Notes: generated from the letters alone by a model not told the origin. A stretch of DNA of 64,000 nt from Octopus vulgaris (GCA_951406725.2 OX597831.1:34224001-34288000); one strand, 5' to 3'; numbered from the stretch's first letter, positions 14,297 through 27,460 are shown. Numbers and translations are program-made.

Positions 14297-14389
14297 CATA
14301 CACACATACATACATACATATACGTAAAAATGCTTGCATTTTCTAAAAGATAATACAAGAAGCTGACATGTATCCTCCACATCCCATCG

Positions 14390-15260
14390 GTACAATGACA
14401 ATTAGTATGGCATTCCAAAGATTCTCCATCTGAGATTCTTTAAATTAATATATGCACACACTTGGTTGTGACACAAATGAAAAAAAGTGATGTACAGACA
14501 CTTACACAAAAATACCTTAGTACTAAAGAGACTTGGCCAAAACAGAACCATCATATACGCACACAATAACAATATCACATATTTACTAACGCCAGGAACT
14601 CTCTTCACTCAAAAGTCTTGTCACGTTGTTAGCGACCGACTTGAACATCATTATTTAAAACTTTTTTAAAGAGATAAATATACATAAATTATGTATAAAA
14701 AGAGTTGGAAGACATTTTTATATATTAGTAACAGCAATTGTTCTTCTATTCATTAGTAATCTATCGAACCTAGAAACATTTTCAATCGAAAAAGAATGTT
14801 GGATTAAAAACAGAAAACATAACATTCTCCTAAAACTCGATACAGCGAAAAATAATAAACAAGTAACAGTAGTTTCGTTATCTGGACATTGTAATACTTA
14901 GAGGAAACAGAAAAAGAGTTGACTTGGCAAAAAAGGGTACACAAGAAGAGATAAAGCATACAGACCACATTGTCGTCTTTCACAAGTGAAACCATTTAGC
15001 AAAAGCCGAAGAAGTCATGCGTGGAAAAAATATCGGGAAACATCAAGAGACAAATGATCGAACTTTATATTCCAGTGATCTCATTCAGATCTATCAACAT
15101 AAAACGTATGAGACACTGGGCAGAGTTAATAAATAAAGACATTATTGGCTTCGAACAGGCGACCATATTCCTTTGAATTATATTATCATGAACAGATCAT
15201 ACGGAATCATCGTCACGCTTTGTAGAGACTGGTTAGAAATGGTATCATTTATTCGAATGG
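14390..15260 (+). mobile_element. Possible heavily decayed LINE reverse-transcriptase relic
   Basis: Only faint motifs (YGIPKILHLRFFKLIY; EDIFIY resembling FxYLGS); no open frame. Confidence 0.25.
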
Positions 15261-15674
15261 GATAATTGCCAATCTGGGAGAAAGAACACTTTAAAAATGG
15301 TTTGAAAGACGCTACCGATGCTAGAAGTGCAAACTGTTTTCAAGGGTTCACCAACCGTAAATAAGATCTTCCAATTCATGGAAAGTAAATGAAATTTAAA
15401 AAAAAAAAGATACTTAGGAACAGAAATATTTAATTGTTGTAAATGTTTTATCTTTTATTTAAGTCTTTGGACGGCGCCCATGCTAGTGCACCATCTCGAG
15501 GGGTTTCAGTCGAACAAATCGAAACCAATTTTTCTAAGTCTGGTATTTCTGCAGGGCCCTTCTTTTTTGCTGGACACCTAAATTACGGGAACAAAAACAA
15601 ACCACTACCGTTTGTCACACTCACAAATACACAAACACAAACGCACATACATACATATATACATACAATACATA

Positions 15675-16335
15675 TGTAAGAGAAGTACTCAAAAGTAACC
15701 GGAATCGTATTCTGTGGGACAAGCCCGTTGTATTTCGTTAGAAGCGGCGGCGTCGAGTGAAGTCATACTGCCACGTGATGCATCTTTGTCTTGCATTGCT
15801 TCTCTCCTCTTCGTCGATTTTGCGATAGCTGAAACTAAGGAACAGCAGGCTTCCGTGAAATTCTGTTTTCTGCTGGGGAAAACGGCAGCCGAAAGAGTTG
15901 CCACGCTTTGAATAGCTTACAAGAATGCAGAGTGGTTTCCACGCTTTAGGAATGATCACTTGTCGCTTGAAGACCAGCTTTGTTCAAGGCGTCCGTCAAC
16001 CTCCCAAACGTATGAAACCATCATGAAAAATCATGAGGACCGTCACCGAACAATTGACGACTTGTTGATATGATTGGTATGTTCTGGAACTCATGCCAAC
16101 GAATTTTGAGCGAGGAATTGCGAATCGAAAGAGTTTCAACAAAATTTGAGCTTCGCTTGCTCACGGAAGATGAAAAGCAGTTACGACTAAATGCGTATCA
16201 TGAACTGAAAGAACAGTTGTAAGTTGATCCGGTACTTTTTCGAAGGTCATCAGTAAGGATAGCTGGTGCTATGGAATTTGCAGATGTGGAGGAGGTGAAG
16301 AAAAAAAACCGACGGAGGTGTTAAAAGGCATCACT
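15675..16335 (+). mobile_element. Mariner element 5' portion, internally deleted
   Basis: TIR-like tactcaaaagtaaccggaat; AETKEQQASVKFCFLLGKTAAE, EWFPRFRND...RRPSTS and KVISKDSWCYG (GDESWCYG-like). Confidence 0.82.
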
Positions 16336-17209
16336 TGAAGACAATCCAGGAAAATCAATAAAGTCAATTGCAAAAGAAAATTCGTGTCAGAAAAAAAACA
16401 ATCAGAAATGTTGTGTATGAAGACATCAGATACAAATTTTACGTGAGGGAAGGTCAATTCATGTCAGAGAAAGCAAAAGAAACCCATTTAATCACATCCA
16501 AAAGATTTTTGAACAAACTTAAAAATCCATCAGAAGATTGTGTGATTTGATCTTTCTCAGGTGAGAAAATCTTTGTACAGGGTCAGAAAACAAGCAAGAA
16601 ATGACACAAAATTTCCTGCAAGTGTCATGGTTATGGGTGTTATTAACAATGCAGGACATGTCATGCCTCTTCCCTTTTTTCCACAAGGCGTTATGGTGAG
16701 TGCTACTGCGTATGTTGAGGTTCTGGATAAAGTTGTTCAGCCTTGGATCAGCAGTATATGCAATGGAAGGCCTTATGCCTTTCAACAAGATTCTGCACGG
16801 TCACACGAGGCTCAAATGACACAAGAATGGATGGCCGACAATTTGCATGATCACATCACCCTCAACATATGACCTCCTAATTCTCCATATCTCAATCTAC
16901 TGGCCTACCATGCATGGAGCCTCGTTGAGAAAAATGCCAGTGAACACCCCCATAGCACCAATGATTATTTGAACGCCGCCATAGTTATGTCCAAGATGAA
17001 CAAGGACCACTTAATCAGAGCTTCTAAATGATTTCGAACCCGGGTGGATACAGTTATTAATGCTTATGGCGGTTTTGATGAATGAAATGATTAAATAGAT
17101 AACCTAGCTTAATGCTATTTTTATAAAAATAGTGGGGTTTTTTTCTGTTACTATATAACCGTCTTCTTAAAACATTAAATCTGTCCTCAAATACCGTCCG
17201 CATCTTGTA
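16336..17209 (+). mobile_element. DD37D/maT-like transposase pseudogene with right end
   Basis: TKFPASVMVMGVINNAGHVMPLPFFPQG...FQQDSARSH...PPNSPYLNLLAY...VINAYGGFDE; ends ...ccgcatcttgTA. Confidence 0.85.
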
Positions 17210-17554
17210 TATACATATGTGTGTGTGTGTGCGCGTGTGTGTGTGTGTGTGTGTGCGTATGTGTGTGAGTGTGTGTGTGTAAGTGTACACACGCACACGT
17301 ATGTATGTATATATATATATATATATATATATAGACAGACAGGCAGACAGACAGACAGCGATTCAAATAGACTCACAGTCGCACAGAGACACACGGACAC
17401 ACAAATAGACTCACAGAAAAAGAGACACATAGGCACACAAACAGAAAGATTGATAGATAGACAAATAGATGGATAGATATACAGCTGGAAGATATATAGA
17501 TAGATACGTACATATATACACAGACAGACAGATAGACAGGCAGATAGATAGTTG

Positions 17555-17620
<66 letters not shown>

Positions 17621-17621
17621 A

Positions 17622-17820
17622 GATCGTTAGCTCCTACACACATTTTTTTCTCTCCTTGTTTCTCTTCTTGTTTTTTTCTGTGTATCTTTCTGTCGAAGAG
17701 CGTAGGCTCGAAACGTAAAATACTTTTTCTATTTCTATTCCTGAGCGATATACTAATACATTTGTTTGTTTGTACTCCACCTGCCTTAGTCTTTTGTTTA
17801 TTTTCGTAAACTTTCCCTTT
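17622..17820 (+). mobile_element. Short module between GATA and TA microsatellites with a degenerate hammerhead-like motif; related copies at 48260-48405 (-) and 61981-62050 (+, truncated)
   Basis: TTT CTGTCGA A GAGC GTAG GCTC GAAA CG TA AAA at 17687-17720. Confidence 0.55.
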
Positions 17821-17870
17821 ATATATATACACACACAGATAGATAAATAGATAGATAGATAGATAGATAT

Positions 17871-17910
<40 letters not shown>

Positions 17911-18260
17911 TTAGACAGATAGATAGACAGACAGATAGACAGATATATAGACAGATAGATAGAGGGAGAGGGGGGAGATTCAAACGCACACAAACACATA
18001 ATAACTGTGTATTTTCTAATTTGTTTTCTAAACTATCTTTCACGTTTATTACAATGTCGACTCTGTACTGTGTTCCGTGTGTACAAATGTGTGGTGTGTG
18101 TGTGTGTGTACTTTCTTGCATGCATTATGGCAAATGTGGTTTACGATACATACCTAAGGTCATATTGCTGGTAGGTGACTGCAATCTTAACGATTATCAA
18201 TATGTTTCTACATTCTGAACCAATCTGTCAATTAATTTTCTGTATGCTGGTTGTTGTAAA

Positions 18261-18333
<73 letters not shown>

Positions 18334-18995
18334 AGCGTGATTTCAAATAATTGCACATGACATGTTGATTTCTATTTGAATACTGTTCTGCTTGATATTT
18401 CAATCAAATTTACCAAATGCTATGGATGTATACATGTGTATACATATATAAGTATGTACCCACGTACTATGCATATGTGTATGTATATTTGTGCGTTATA
18501 AGTATGCAAATATACGCATTGTACGTATGTCCGTGTGTTGCATGTATATATAACAAACCGCGCAGTAGTCTTCTGGCAAATGTAACCTATTGACTTTCAT
18601 CATTAATGTAATGTCAAAGGAGCAACATGAGTGAGCGGGTAACGTAAACAAAGGGAAGAGGTCGGGGAAAAGCAGAAAAAACATTTTGAAGAACGGGATC
18701 AGAATAAAACAATCAATATCCCACAGCTGATGCGAGATGAGTTATGTGTTTGTGGAAGATATGTATGCTAGTAAAAGCAGCCAACTCTCCCTCCTACTCA
18801 CACCCTAACTTTGTCAAAAAATTCAAGGAGGTTATGTATGCCATCTGAGTTCGAATTCTTTCGAGATTTTGTATAAAATTAATGTTATATTTGACAGATT
18901 TTCCGTTACGTAAAATCTTTAAATATCTCATATTTGTTGCAAGTAAAATATTCTAGGAAAGAAAAAAGTAATATGCTGACAGAATCGTGAACATG

Positions 18996-19720
18996 CGACG
19001 AGCTGGCAGAAACGTTAGCACGCCGGGCGAAATGCTTTGCGGCATTTCGTCTACCGCTACGTTCCGAGTTCAAATTCCGCCGAGGTCAACTTTGCCTTTC
19101 ATCCTTTCGGGGTCGATAAAATAAGTACCAGTTACGCACTGGGGTCGCTGTAATCGACTTAATCCCTTTGTCTGTCCTTGTTTGTCCCCTCTATGTTTAG
19201 CCCTTTGTTGGCAATAAAGAAATAAGAATCTTTAGCATGCTGGGCAAAATACTTCGTAGTATTTTGTCGTCCTTACGTTCTCAGTTTAAATTCAGCCAAG
19301 GTCGACTTTGCCTTTCATCCTTTCGGGTAATCGACTACTTCCACCCCCAAAATTTCAGGCCTTGTGCCTATAATAGAAAGGTATATTTTAGGAAAGAAAA
19401 ATGCGACGAACTGACAGTATCATTACGATGCTAGGTACAACGCATTGTGGTATTTCGCCCGCCTTTACGTTCTGAGTTCAAATTTTGCCGAGGTCGCCTA
19501 TGCCATTCGTCTTTTAGAGATTGACATAATAAGTGCCAGTTAAACAGTGGGGTCGATGTAATCTACTTACCCACTCTCTCGAAATTGCTGGCCTTGTATC
19601 AAAATTCGAAACCATTATATTTTAGGAAAGAAGAAAGGCGGTGAGTTGGAAGAATCGTTAACCACGCCGGGCAAAATGCTTGGAGGCATTTCGTCTGTCT
19701 GCATGTTCTGAGTTCAAATT
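18996..19720 (+). mobile_element. Tandem array of about 4 SINE family C units
   Basis: Repeated gagttcaaattccgccgaggtcgactttgcctttcatcctttcggggtcgataaa; tRNA-like A-box tggcagaa and B-box gagttcaaattc. Confidence 0.85.
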
Positions 19721-19913
19721 TTGCGATTCTGAATGCAAACCTGCCTAAACATTAGGTCATTCGCCATCATAAGTATCTATAATTTTTTTAATGTCATAAT
19801 AATAAGCGACGTGACATTGTGGTTAAGAACTGCACTTCGCAATGTATGATGTCTGTTTCGATCTCATTGCGCATCATCTTGGTTAATTACCATCTGCTAT
19901 AAATATGAGTTCT

Positions 19914-20210
19914 GGAGGCATATGACCTAGTGGTTAGAGCAGCGGACTCGCGGTCGAGGGATCGCGGGTTCGAATCTCAGACCGGGCGATGTGTGTGTTC
20001 ATGCGCTAAACACCTAAGCTCCACGCGGCTCCGACAGAAGGTAATGGCGTATTTCTGCTGACTCTTTCACCACAACTTTCTCTCACTCTTTCCTCCTGCA
20101 TCTTGCAGCTCACCTGCGACGTACCGGCGCCCCGTCCATGTGGGGAACGTATACGCCACGGAAACCGGGAAACCGGCCCTTATGAGCCAGCCGTGACTCG
20201 AGAAGGGACA
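19914..20210 (+). mobile_element. SINE family B variant with a tail-2-like end
   Basis: Head ggaggcatatgacctagtggttagagcagcggactcg...ggttcgaatctc; tail gaaaccgggaaaccggccc. Confidence 0.85.
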
Positions 20211-20995
20211 TAATTTTTGTCTCGGTTTAACACGACCATCTGGTCCTTGGTTCCCTTTGGCAGAACCTTTACACTGTTGCAAATTTCCGGTCTAGATGAT
20301 TGGTCTAAGTATAACCTACACTAATCTGAAGTGCCTTGAAAAGAATCATGGTGGCAGTCCTTCTAAGAAACTGAAATGAAGAAAAAACAGAGATAAAGAC
20401 ATCGGAAATGAGAATATCACTTCTGAATTGGGAGATCGATATACTATCAAATATTTTGTCTGACAAATAATTGCACTATTTTACGCTTTGAGTTAAAATT
20501 TCTTCAAAGTCGACTTTGCATTTCATTTCTCCAGGCCCGAGAAAATAAGGCTGCTGTCGCTTAATGAAATATATATCTTCGAGTGTATGCGTCTTCACTA
20601 CTACTAGAAGCACAAACTTATTGTTTAGGATATGGTATCGAGCATTTAATCATACCCGTTGTATAACAAGTAACTTATTTCAGCATTTTCGATAGACTGA
20701 AAAACAAGAATGTCCTCGGCAGGATTTAAACTCAGCACGTAAATGAAAGTAATTAAAAACCGTTAGAGCAGACTTATCTGACGGTCAGTCGACTCTGCCA
20801 AACTGCTAGGCATTTAGATAGACACCTTACCAATTCTACCATCCATCAGTCTGCCCATCCTAGAATATGTTTCGTAATGTAAATATGAAATATATGAGGT
20901 TCCTAAGTATGAGGAAAATGGCTGTTATATTGTACCATCATACCAGCATAACATCCCCTTGGGTTCTATGAAGTATAATGTTACTAATACTTAAT

Positions 20996-21370
20996 GGTGG
21001 AGGCGCAATGGCCCAGTGGTTAGGGCAGCGGACTCGCGGTCGTAGGATCGCGGTTTCGATTCCCAGACTGGGCGTTAGCGAAAACACCTAAAGCTCCACG
21101 AGGCTCCGGCAGGGAATGGTGGTGATCCCTGCTGTACTCTTTCACCACATCTTTCTCTCACTCTAACTTCCTGTTTCTGTTGTACCTGTATTTCAAAGGG
21201 CCGTCCTTGTCACTCTCTATGTCACGCTGAATATCCCCGAGAACTACGTTAAGGGTACACGTGTCTGTGGAGTGCTCAGCCACTTACACGTTAATTTCAC
21301 GAGCAGGCTGTTCCGTTGATCGGATCAACCGGAACCCTCGTCGTCGTAACCGACGGAGTGCTTCCATTCC
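20996..21370 (+). mobile_element. SINE family B, tail type 1, 10-bp TSD
   Basis: TSD aatacttaat at 20986-20995 and 21371-21380. Confidence 0.92.
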
Positions 21371-21674
21371 AATACTTAATAAACTCTATATCATCGACTG
21401 TAGACCTCCCCATTCAAACCGTGGTCTTCAAAAACATGTTATAAACCATTTATATCAACCAACTAACATTCGTTTAGTCTACTACTGTCTAATTTTAAAT
21501 TAAAATCTCATAACGATCAAGCTTGCGTTTTCTCCTCGAACCAATACCAATTGAACTACAAAGAATTATCTACTGGATTCAGAGTTGCTTTTCAGAAAAT
21601 GTTACAAAAACTATAAAGAAGCTCTTTCTTTCCTTGTTATAACTGAACTTATCTTTCTTTCTTGTTACTTTCAG

Positions 21675-21828
21675 TGGGTGTGTCAAGGTTTTGTGATAGC
21701 GTTCAGCTATTTTCAGTCTACTCACTTCTACTGGATGTTTGCTGAAGGCCTGTATCTACATATCATCGTTGTTTGGACTTATTCCGCGGATAAGATGCAC
21801 CTCTGGCATTTCTTACTAATTGGCTGGG
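21675..21828 (+). CDS. Internal exon (154 nt, phase 0 to 1) of a class B1 GPCR, CRF/DH44-receptor-like: TM3, ICL2 and start of TM4
   Basis: Acceptor ctttcttgttactttcag, donor G|gtgagt. Translates WVCQGFVIAFSYFQSTHFYWMFAEGLYLHIIVVWTYSADKMHLWHFLLIGW, carrying the class B motifs WMFxEGLYLH and IGWG. TYSADK resembles the CRF-receptor TYSTDR loop. Confidence 0.95.
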
Positions 21829-22211
21829 GTGAGTACATAGTTCTATTTTACATCATTGTCTTGATTTTCTCCAGGGTCTCAGAAACTGTTGGGAGAGGGA
21901 AAGGGAAGACGAGACCTTGACTTACGGGTGGCTGCCATAGGAAGCAAAGCAGTAACCTTTCCAGTCACACTCGAACTTATTCTGCATAGATTATGAGTCC
22001 AGAAGAAATATTGTTTATAATTTTCATATCAATTTTGATTTTAAAATTCACCTTAATTTCAGGATTTATCTGTGTTGTGCGAAACATTAAACTGCGTCCT
22101 TTGGAGTGGCTCCAACTCTGGAGTTCAGGAAGTTTTTGGAGTATAGAGTTATCTGTTAGGTTCCACTATTCACAAACCTGTTCTACACCGTGGTGGTATT
22201 GCTTGTCGGTT

Positions 22212-22490
22212 GAGGCACGTGGCTTAGTGGCAAGGGTGTTCGCTTCACGATCGTAATGTCGTGAGTTCGATACCAGGTGCCGAGTTATGTCCTTGACCAA
22301 GACAGATTATTTCACGTTGGTCCAGTCCACTCAGCTGTAATTCAAAGGGCCGGCCTTGTCACAGTCTGTGTCACGCTGAATCTCCCTGAGAACTACGTTA
22401 AAGGTACACATGTCTGTGGAGTGCTCGGCCAATTGAAGGTTAATTTCATGAGCAGGCTGTTCTGTTCATCAGAACAACTAGAATACTCGG
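22212..22490 (+). mobile_element. SINE family D (CORE-like centre) joined to tail type 1
   Basis: gtccttgaccaagacagattatttcacgttggtccagtccactcagctgta followed by the tail-1 sequence. Confidence 0.78.
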
Positions 22491-22600
22491 TGTACCAGTG
22501 AAGAGCCCCAGCTATGGATGATAAAATAGCAGATTGTCCTTGTAACTTAGGACAATAAATATTTTCGCTTGAAAATTAGTAAACATTAGTAAATGGGTGC

Positions 22601-22905
22601 AGGCGCGGCTGTGTGATAAGAAACCTGCTTCCCAACCACATAGTCTCAGGATCATCCCACTGCGTGACATCTTGGGTCAGTGTCTTCTACAAAACCCTCG
22701 GGTCAAGCCTTGTGAGTGGATATGGTAGACGGAAACTGAATGAGGGTGTGTTTACGCTTCCGTAACTTAGCGGTTCAGCAAAACAGACAGATAGAAAAAC
22801 TATCAGGTTTTAAAAAGATAAGTACTGGATTCGATTCGATCGACTAAAATTTCTTCAAGACACTGCCCCAGCATGGCACAATCTAATGTGTCTTTATAAG
22901 ATAAA
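22601..22905 (+). mobile_element. SINE family A, degenerate
   Basis: Head, body and tail recognisable. Confidence 0.75.
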
Positions 22906-23454
22906 AAATAAAATATTATTTCAGGATTTTGTATAAGTACCAAGAAATTTGATATAAAGTAAATGATAATTATTGTAGCGTTTACTAAATTTCTTGAAAT
23001 TCACTCTAACGGTAAAAGTATACTTCCAAAGGTATCCGTCATGTGATAGTTAACTCTTTAGTTTACGTAATAGCTACCATATGTTGTGTCAATGGAAAAT
23101 CCATGGTTATTTTTGCAATCTGTAAGAATGTTGGGAGATAAAAGAGAATCGTTGAAATACAAATTTCTTTTGAAATCATATTTTTCTCTGGAGCATGTGT
23201 TTTTTTTTCTTTCTTTTTTTTTTGCTGATGGTGTAAAACCAGCATAGGTAGGAATGATGTTACACTGTTTAAAAAGAGAAAAATCTTTTGAAAACTATAT
23301 GTTTGTCACCTATTCTGTTCTGAAAATATTTATCTATTATTTTCATCTTCAAGTCAAGAAATATATGCGATCTAGGAAACGGTACATACACATGATCAAT
23401 AGAAACTATTGATTCGCAGCTTTTTGTGCTTTTCATTGTGACTATATTATCAAA

Positions 23455-23821
23455 GTGGAGTCACAATGGCTCAGTGGTTAGAACAGCCGACTAACGGTCG
23501 TAGGATCGCGGTTTCGATTCCCTGGCCGGGCGTTGTAAGTGTTTATTGAGCGAAAACACCTAGAGCTCCATGAGGCACCGACAGGGGGGTGGGGTGGCGA
23601 ACCCTACTGTACTCTTTCACCACATCTTTCTCTCACTCTTTCTTCCTCTTTCTGTTGTACCTGTATTTCAAAGGGCCAGCCTTGTAACACTCTGTGTCAC
23701 GCTGAATCTCCCCGAGAACTACGTTAAGGGTAGACGTGTCTTTGGAGTGATCAAGAGCAGGCTGTTCCGTTGATCGGATCAACTGGAACCCACGTCGTCG
23801 TAACCGACGTAGTGCCACAAA
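23455..23821 (+). mobile_element. SINE family B, tail type 1, 11-bp TSD
   Basis: TSD atattatcaaa at 23444-23454 and 23822-23832. Confidence 0.9.
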
Positions 23822-23869
23822 ATATTATCAAAAATATTTTAAAACTTATTAAATCATTGGAAAACTAAT

Positions 23870-24295
23870 GGTGAGGTCGTGTAGTTGCTTTGTAGCTGCG
23901 TGGTTTCATGTTCAGTCACGCTGTGCAACACTTTGGGCAAACGTCTTCTGCCTTGCTGTACGAATTTAATAGACTGTGAATGCATATGCGAGTCTGTGTG
24001 TGTGTGTGTGTATGTGTGCATAAATATATATGTATACACATACACACATACACACACATACATATATATGTATGTGTGTGTGTATCTTTGTGTTTGCTTC
24101 TCTACCACCCACTGACAACGGTGTTGGTCCGTATACGTCCCTATAACTTAGCCGTTCGGCAAAAAGTGATGATGGAATAATTACGAGGCTTTAAAATATA
24201 AGTACTGGTGTCAATTTGTTCGACTAACCCGATCAAAGCAGTGTCCCCGCATTGCCGCACACCAGTGATTAAAGCAAGTAAAACGGATAAAAGAA
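23870..24295 (+). mobile_element. SINE family A, older copy
   Basis: Degenerate head, internal TG/CA run and tail. Confidence 0.7.
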
Positions 24296-24399
24296 AAAAA
24301 ACGAAAGAAAGAACAGATTATTTCTTTGGTGTTGTTCCATAGTTTATCAGTCAGATGCCTTAACGAATATATACCGTACGTGTAATACATAATGGTCCC

Positions 24400-24990
24400 A
24401 ATTTTTTCCACAAGGGCAGCAATTTTGGGGGAGGACATGTGTCGATTACATCGACCCCAGTGTTCAACTGGTATTTAATTTATCGACCCCGTAAGGATGA
24501 AGGGTAAAATCGACCTCGGTGGAATTTGAACTTAGAACGTAGCGACGGGCGAAATACCACTAAGCATTTCGTCCAGCGGGCTAACGATTCTTTTCTACTC
24601 TAGGCACAAGACTCGAAATTTGGGGGGAAGGAGGTCAGTCGATTAGATCGAGCTCAGTACGCAACTTGTACTTAAGTTATCGACCCGGAAAGGATGAAAA
24701 GCGAAGTCGACCTCGGCGGAATTTGGACTCAAAACGTGAAGGCAGACGAAATACCTATTTCTTTACTACCCACAAGGGGCTAAACACAGGGGGGACAAAC
24801 AAGGACAGACAAACGGATTAAGTCGATTATATCGACCCCAGTGCGTAACTGGTACTTATTTAATCGACCCCGAAAGGATGAAAGGCAAAGTCGACCTCGG
24901 CGGAATTTGAACTTAGAACATAACGGCAGACGAAACACCGCTAAACATTTCGCCCGGTATGTTAACGATTCTGCCAGCGAGCCACCTTAT
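24400..24990 (-). mobile_element. Tandem array of 3 SINE family C units
   Basis: Three repeats of atcgaccccgaaaggatgaaaggcaaagtcgacctcggcggaatttgaact. Confidence 0.87.
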
Positions 24991-25525
24991 ACCTATAATA
25001 CATAATATCACTCATTTCGTTATAGCGTTACGTATTAATGTCAGACCGTGGCTGAACATCGTCATATGTAAATGCAATTGCGGGTGGAGTCGCCTCCCGT
25101 AACGCAGAGGAGAGAAGAATCAATAAATAAAGTGGCACAATTCGGCGCTATCAGTTTATGCCGGTTGCCGTCGAGACGTCCTAGTGTTCTTGGACCTAGT
25201 ATTACCGATGTTCTTCGCGAAATAAGGATAACAGTAACCTGTCGGAAAACGAGGCGGAGTGAATACTGCAGTGAATGTCGCTGTCCATTCTACGCGGCAA
25301 CGCTATCGCGGTCTTTACTTCTTTCTGGAGTATGTGGGCCATAGACCCTTCCTACCTCCTTCTACTGCTTTATCCTCACCCCATTCTTTTTCTGTTCCAT
25401 TTTTTCTCCTTTCTTATTTTTCTGTTTCCGTGTTTCTTCGTACTTAAATTTGAATAAGAATCAAAATATAAAATATACTAAAAAAGACTAAACGTTCTTA
25501 GCTTCTGAATTCTTTGATTCCGTCA

Positions 25526-25941
25526 GAATGTTATTTATTGCCCACAGGGGGATAAACATAGAGGGGACAAGCAAGGACAGACAAACGAATTAAGTCGATT
25601 ATATCGACCCCTGTGTGAAACTAGTACTTATTTAATCAACCCCGAAGGGATGAAAGGCAAAGTCGACCTCGGTGGAATTTGAACTCAGAAAGTAACAGCA
25701 GGTGAAATACCTATTTCTTTACTACCCACAAGGGGCTAAACACAGAGAGAACAAACAAGGACAGACAAACGGATTTAGTTGATTATATCGACCCAGGTGC
25801 ATAATAGTACTTATTTAATCAACCCCGAAAGGATGAAAGGCAAAGTCGACCTCGGCGGAATTTGAACTCAGAACGTAACAACAGACGAAATACCGCTAAG
25901 TTTTGTCCCGGCGTGCTAACGATTCTGCCAGCTCGCCGCCC
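25526..25941 (-). mobile_element. SINE family C dimer
   Basis: Two units; flanked by ccgtcagaat on both sides (possible TSD). Confidence 0.87.
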
Positions 25942-26069
25942 TCCGTCAGAATAGTATTGAGAATCTATTTATACTTAATCAGTTGTCCGTCATAAAAGTA
26001 ATTTAAAGCACACACAAAATCAACAGACCGCTATCTTCTCCGTACCAGGGCTAGATGCCGTGGGTCATT

Positions 26070-26306
26070 TATCTTTTCTTTGCTTCTGTCATTGGACTGC
26101 AGTCACACCGGAGCACCACCTTGAAGGGTTTAGTCGAAAAAATCGATTCCAGTACTTAGTTTCTTAAAACCTGGTACTTATTCAATCCGTCTCTTTATGC
26201 CGAACGACTCGGTTATGGGGTAAGGGAAAAGCCAATACCGGTTGTCAAGCGGTATTGGAGGACAAACACAACAAACGCACGCATGCGTGTATCTATATGA
26301 AAACAA

Positions 26307-26381
<75 letters not shown>

Positions 26382-26490
26382 CGACGAGCTCTTTCGGTTT
26401 ACATCGGCTCGGTGGGTATAGAAGAAGACATTTACCCACTGGAACTGAATTCGGAACCCGGCGGTTCGGAAGTAAGCATCTTACCGCATG
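26070..26490 (-). mobile_element. SINE family A, degenerate
   Basis: Reverse-complement tail and body around a CA/TA/TG tract. Confidence 0.7.
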
Positions 26491-26574
26491 GTTATGCATG
26501 CACCTAAGGAAAACTATTATTTTTCGTCAAATTTCCAACTCCTGTGAATCCCCAAATGGATTAACACCAAACAT

Positions 26575-27460
26575 CTTCACTGTTCTCCCCTTCATTCCTT
26601 CTCCCTCTCACTCTCCTTTAGCTTCCCTTATTCAATTTTACTTTTTCTCATCACTTAAACCCCTTATGAGTCTCTTTTTTTTTCTTTTCTTCTCTGCTCC
26701 TCTGAAACTCCAAACGTGTCCATTTCTCTCCGCCTTTTCGCTTCTAACACCGAGCTCCCGTTGGGTCTCTCTTTCTCATTCTCTTCTTTTCACTTTAAAC
26801 TCCTCCTCATCTCTCCTAAAATATTTACCATTCTTTTATCCTCACCTTTGCTGCTTCCTTAACTTCTCATACGATTTCTTCGCTGTTGTTCTCTCTTATC
26901 GCTTTCTCTCCTATATTGTTTCCCTTCTTCCTTTACTCTCTCTCTCTCTCCTCATCTTTGATCCTTCTTTCACGTCTTCTGTTTCTCCTTAACCTCTCTT
27001 ATCTCTCTATGCTATTTGCTCCTTATATCACTCTCTCCCCTCTCTCTCTCTCTCCCTCTTTCTTCATCTCTTTCTCTCTCTGTGCAGATCTCTCTCGCTC
27101 TGCCTCTCTCTATCTGTCTCACTCTACATTTCTTTATTTCTCTCTACCACTTTATCTCTCTACCACTTTATCTCTCTACTATCTTGCTCTCTATTTCTCT
27201 CTCTACTTCCTTCTATCTCTCTCTCTCTCTGTGCCTCTCCACCTCTTTATTCCTACCTCTGCAACTCTTTCTACTTTTCTAATTTCTATCTCTACCTCTC
27301 TACCTCTCCATCTCTATCTCTGTCTATGTCTTTCTACCTTTCTATTTCTCTCAATCTATGCATCTCTTTCTCTCAACCGCTCTCCCTCCCTCCCTTTCTG
27401 CGCATCTCTCTCTCTCCTTTACTCTCCCCCCCCTTTACTTTCTCTCTCTCTTTTACTCTC
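26575..27460 (+). repeat. About 0.9-kb pyrimidine-rich low-complexity tract
   Basis: CT-rich degenerate repeat seen directly. Confidence 0.9.

Noticed and set aside
16561-16872. Transposase ORF as an active or domesticated gene
   Set aside because: Flanked by in-frame stops and frameshifts, with damaged catalytic motifs.
20999-21075. tRNA-like sequence with A and B boxes (also in other SINE heads)
   Set aside because: Continues into a SINE body with TSDs; no complete cloverleaf, so not called a tRNA gene.
21585-21920. The 111-aa ORF as a complete protein
   Set aside because: Only 21675-21828 is receptor-like and is bounded by splice signals; the rest is intron read-through.
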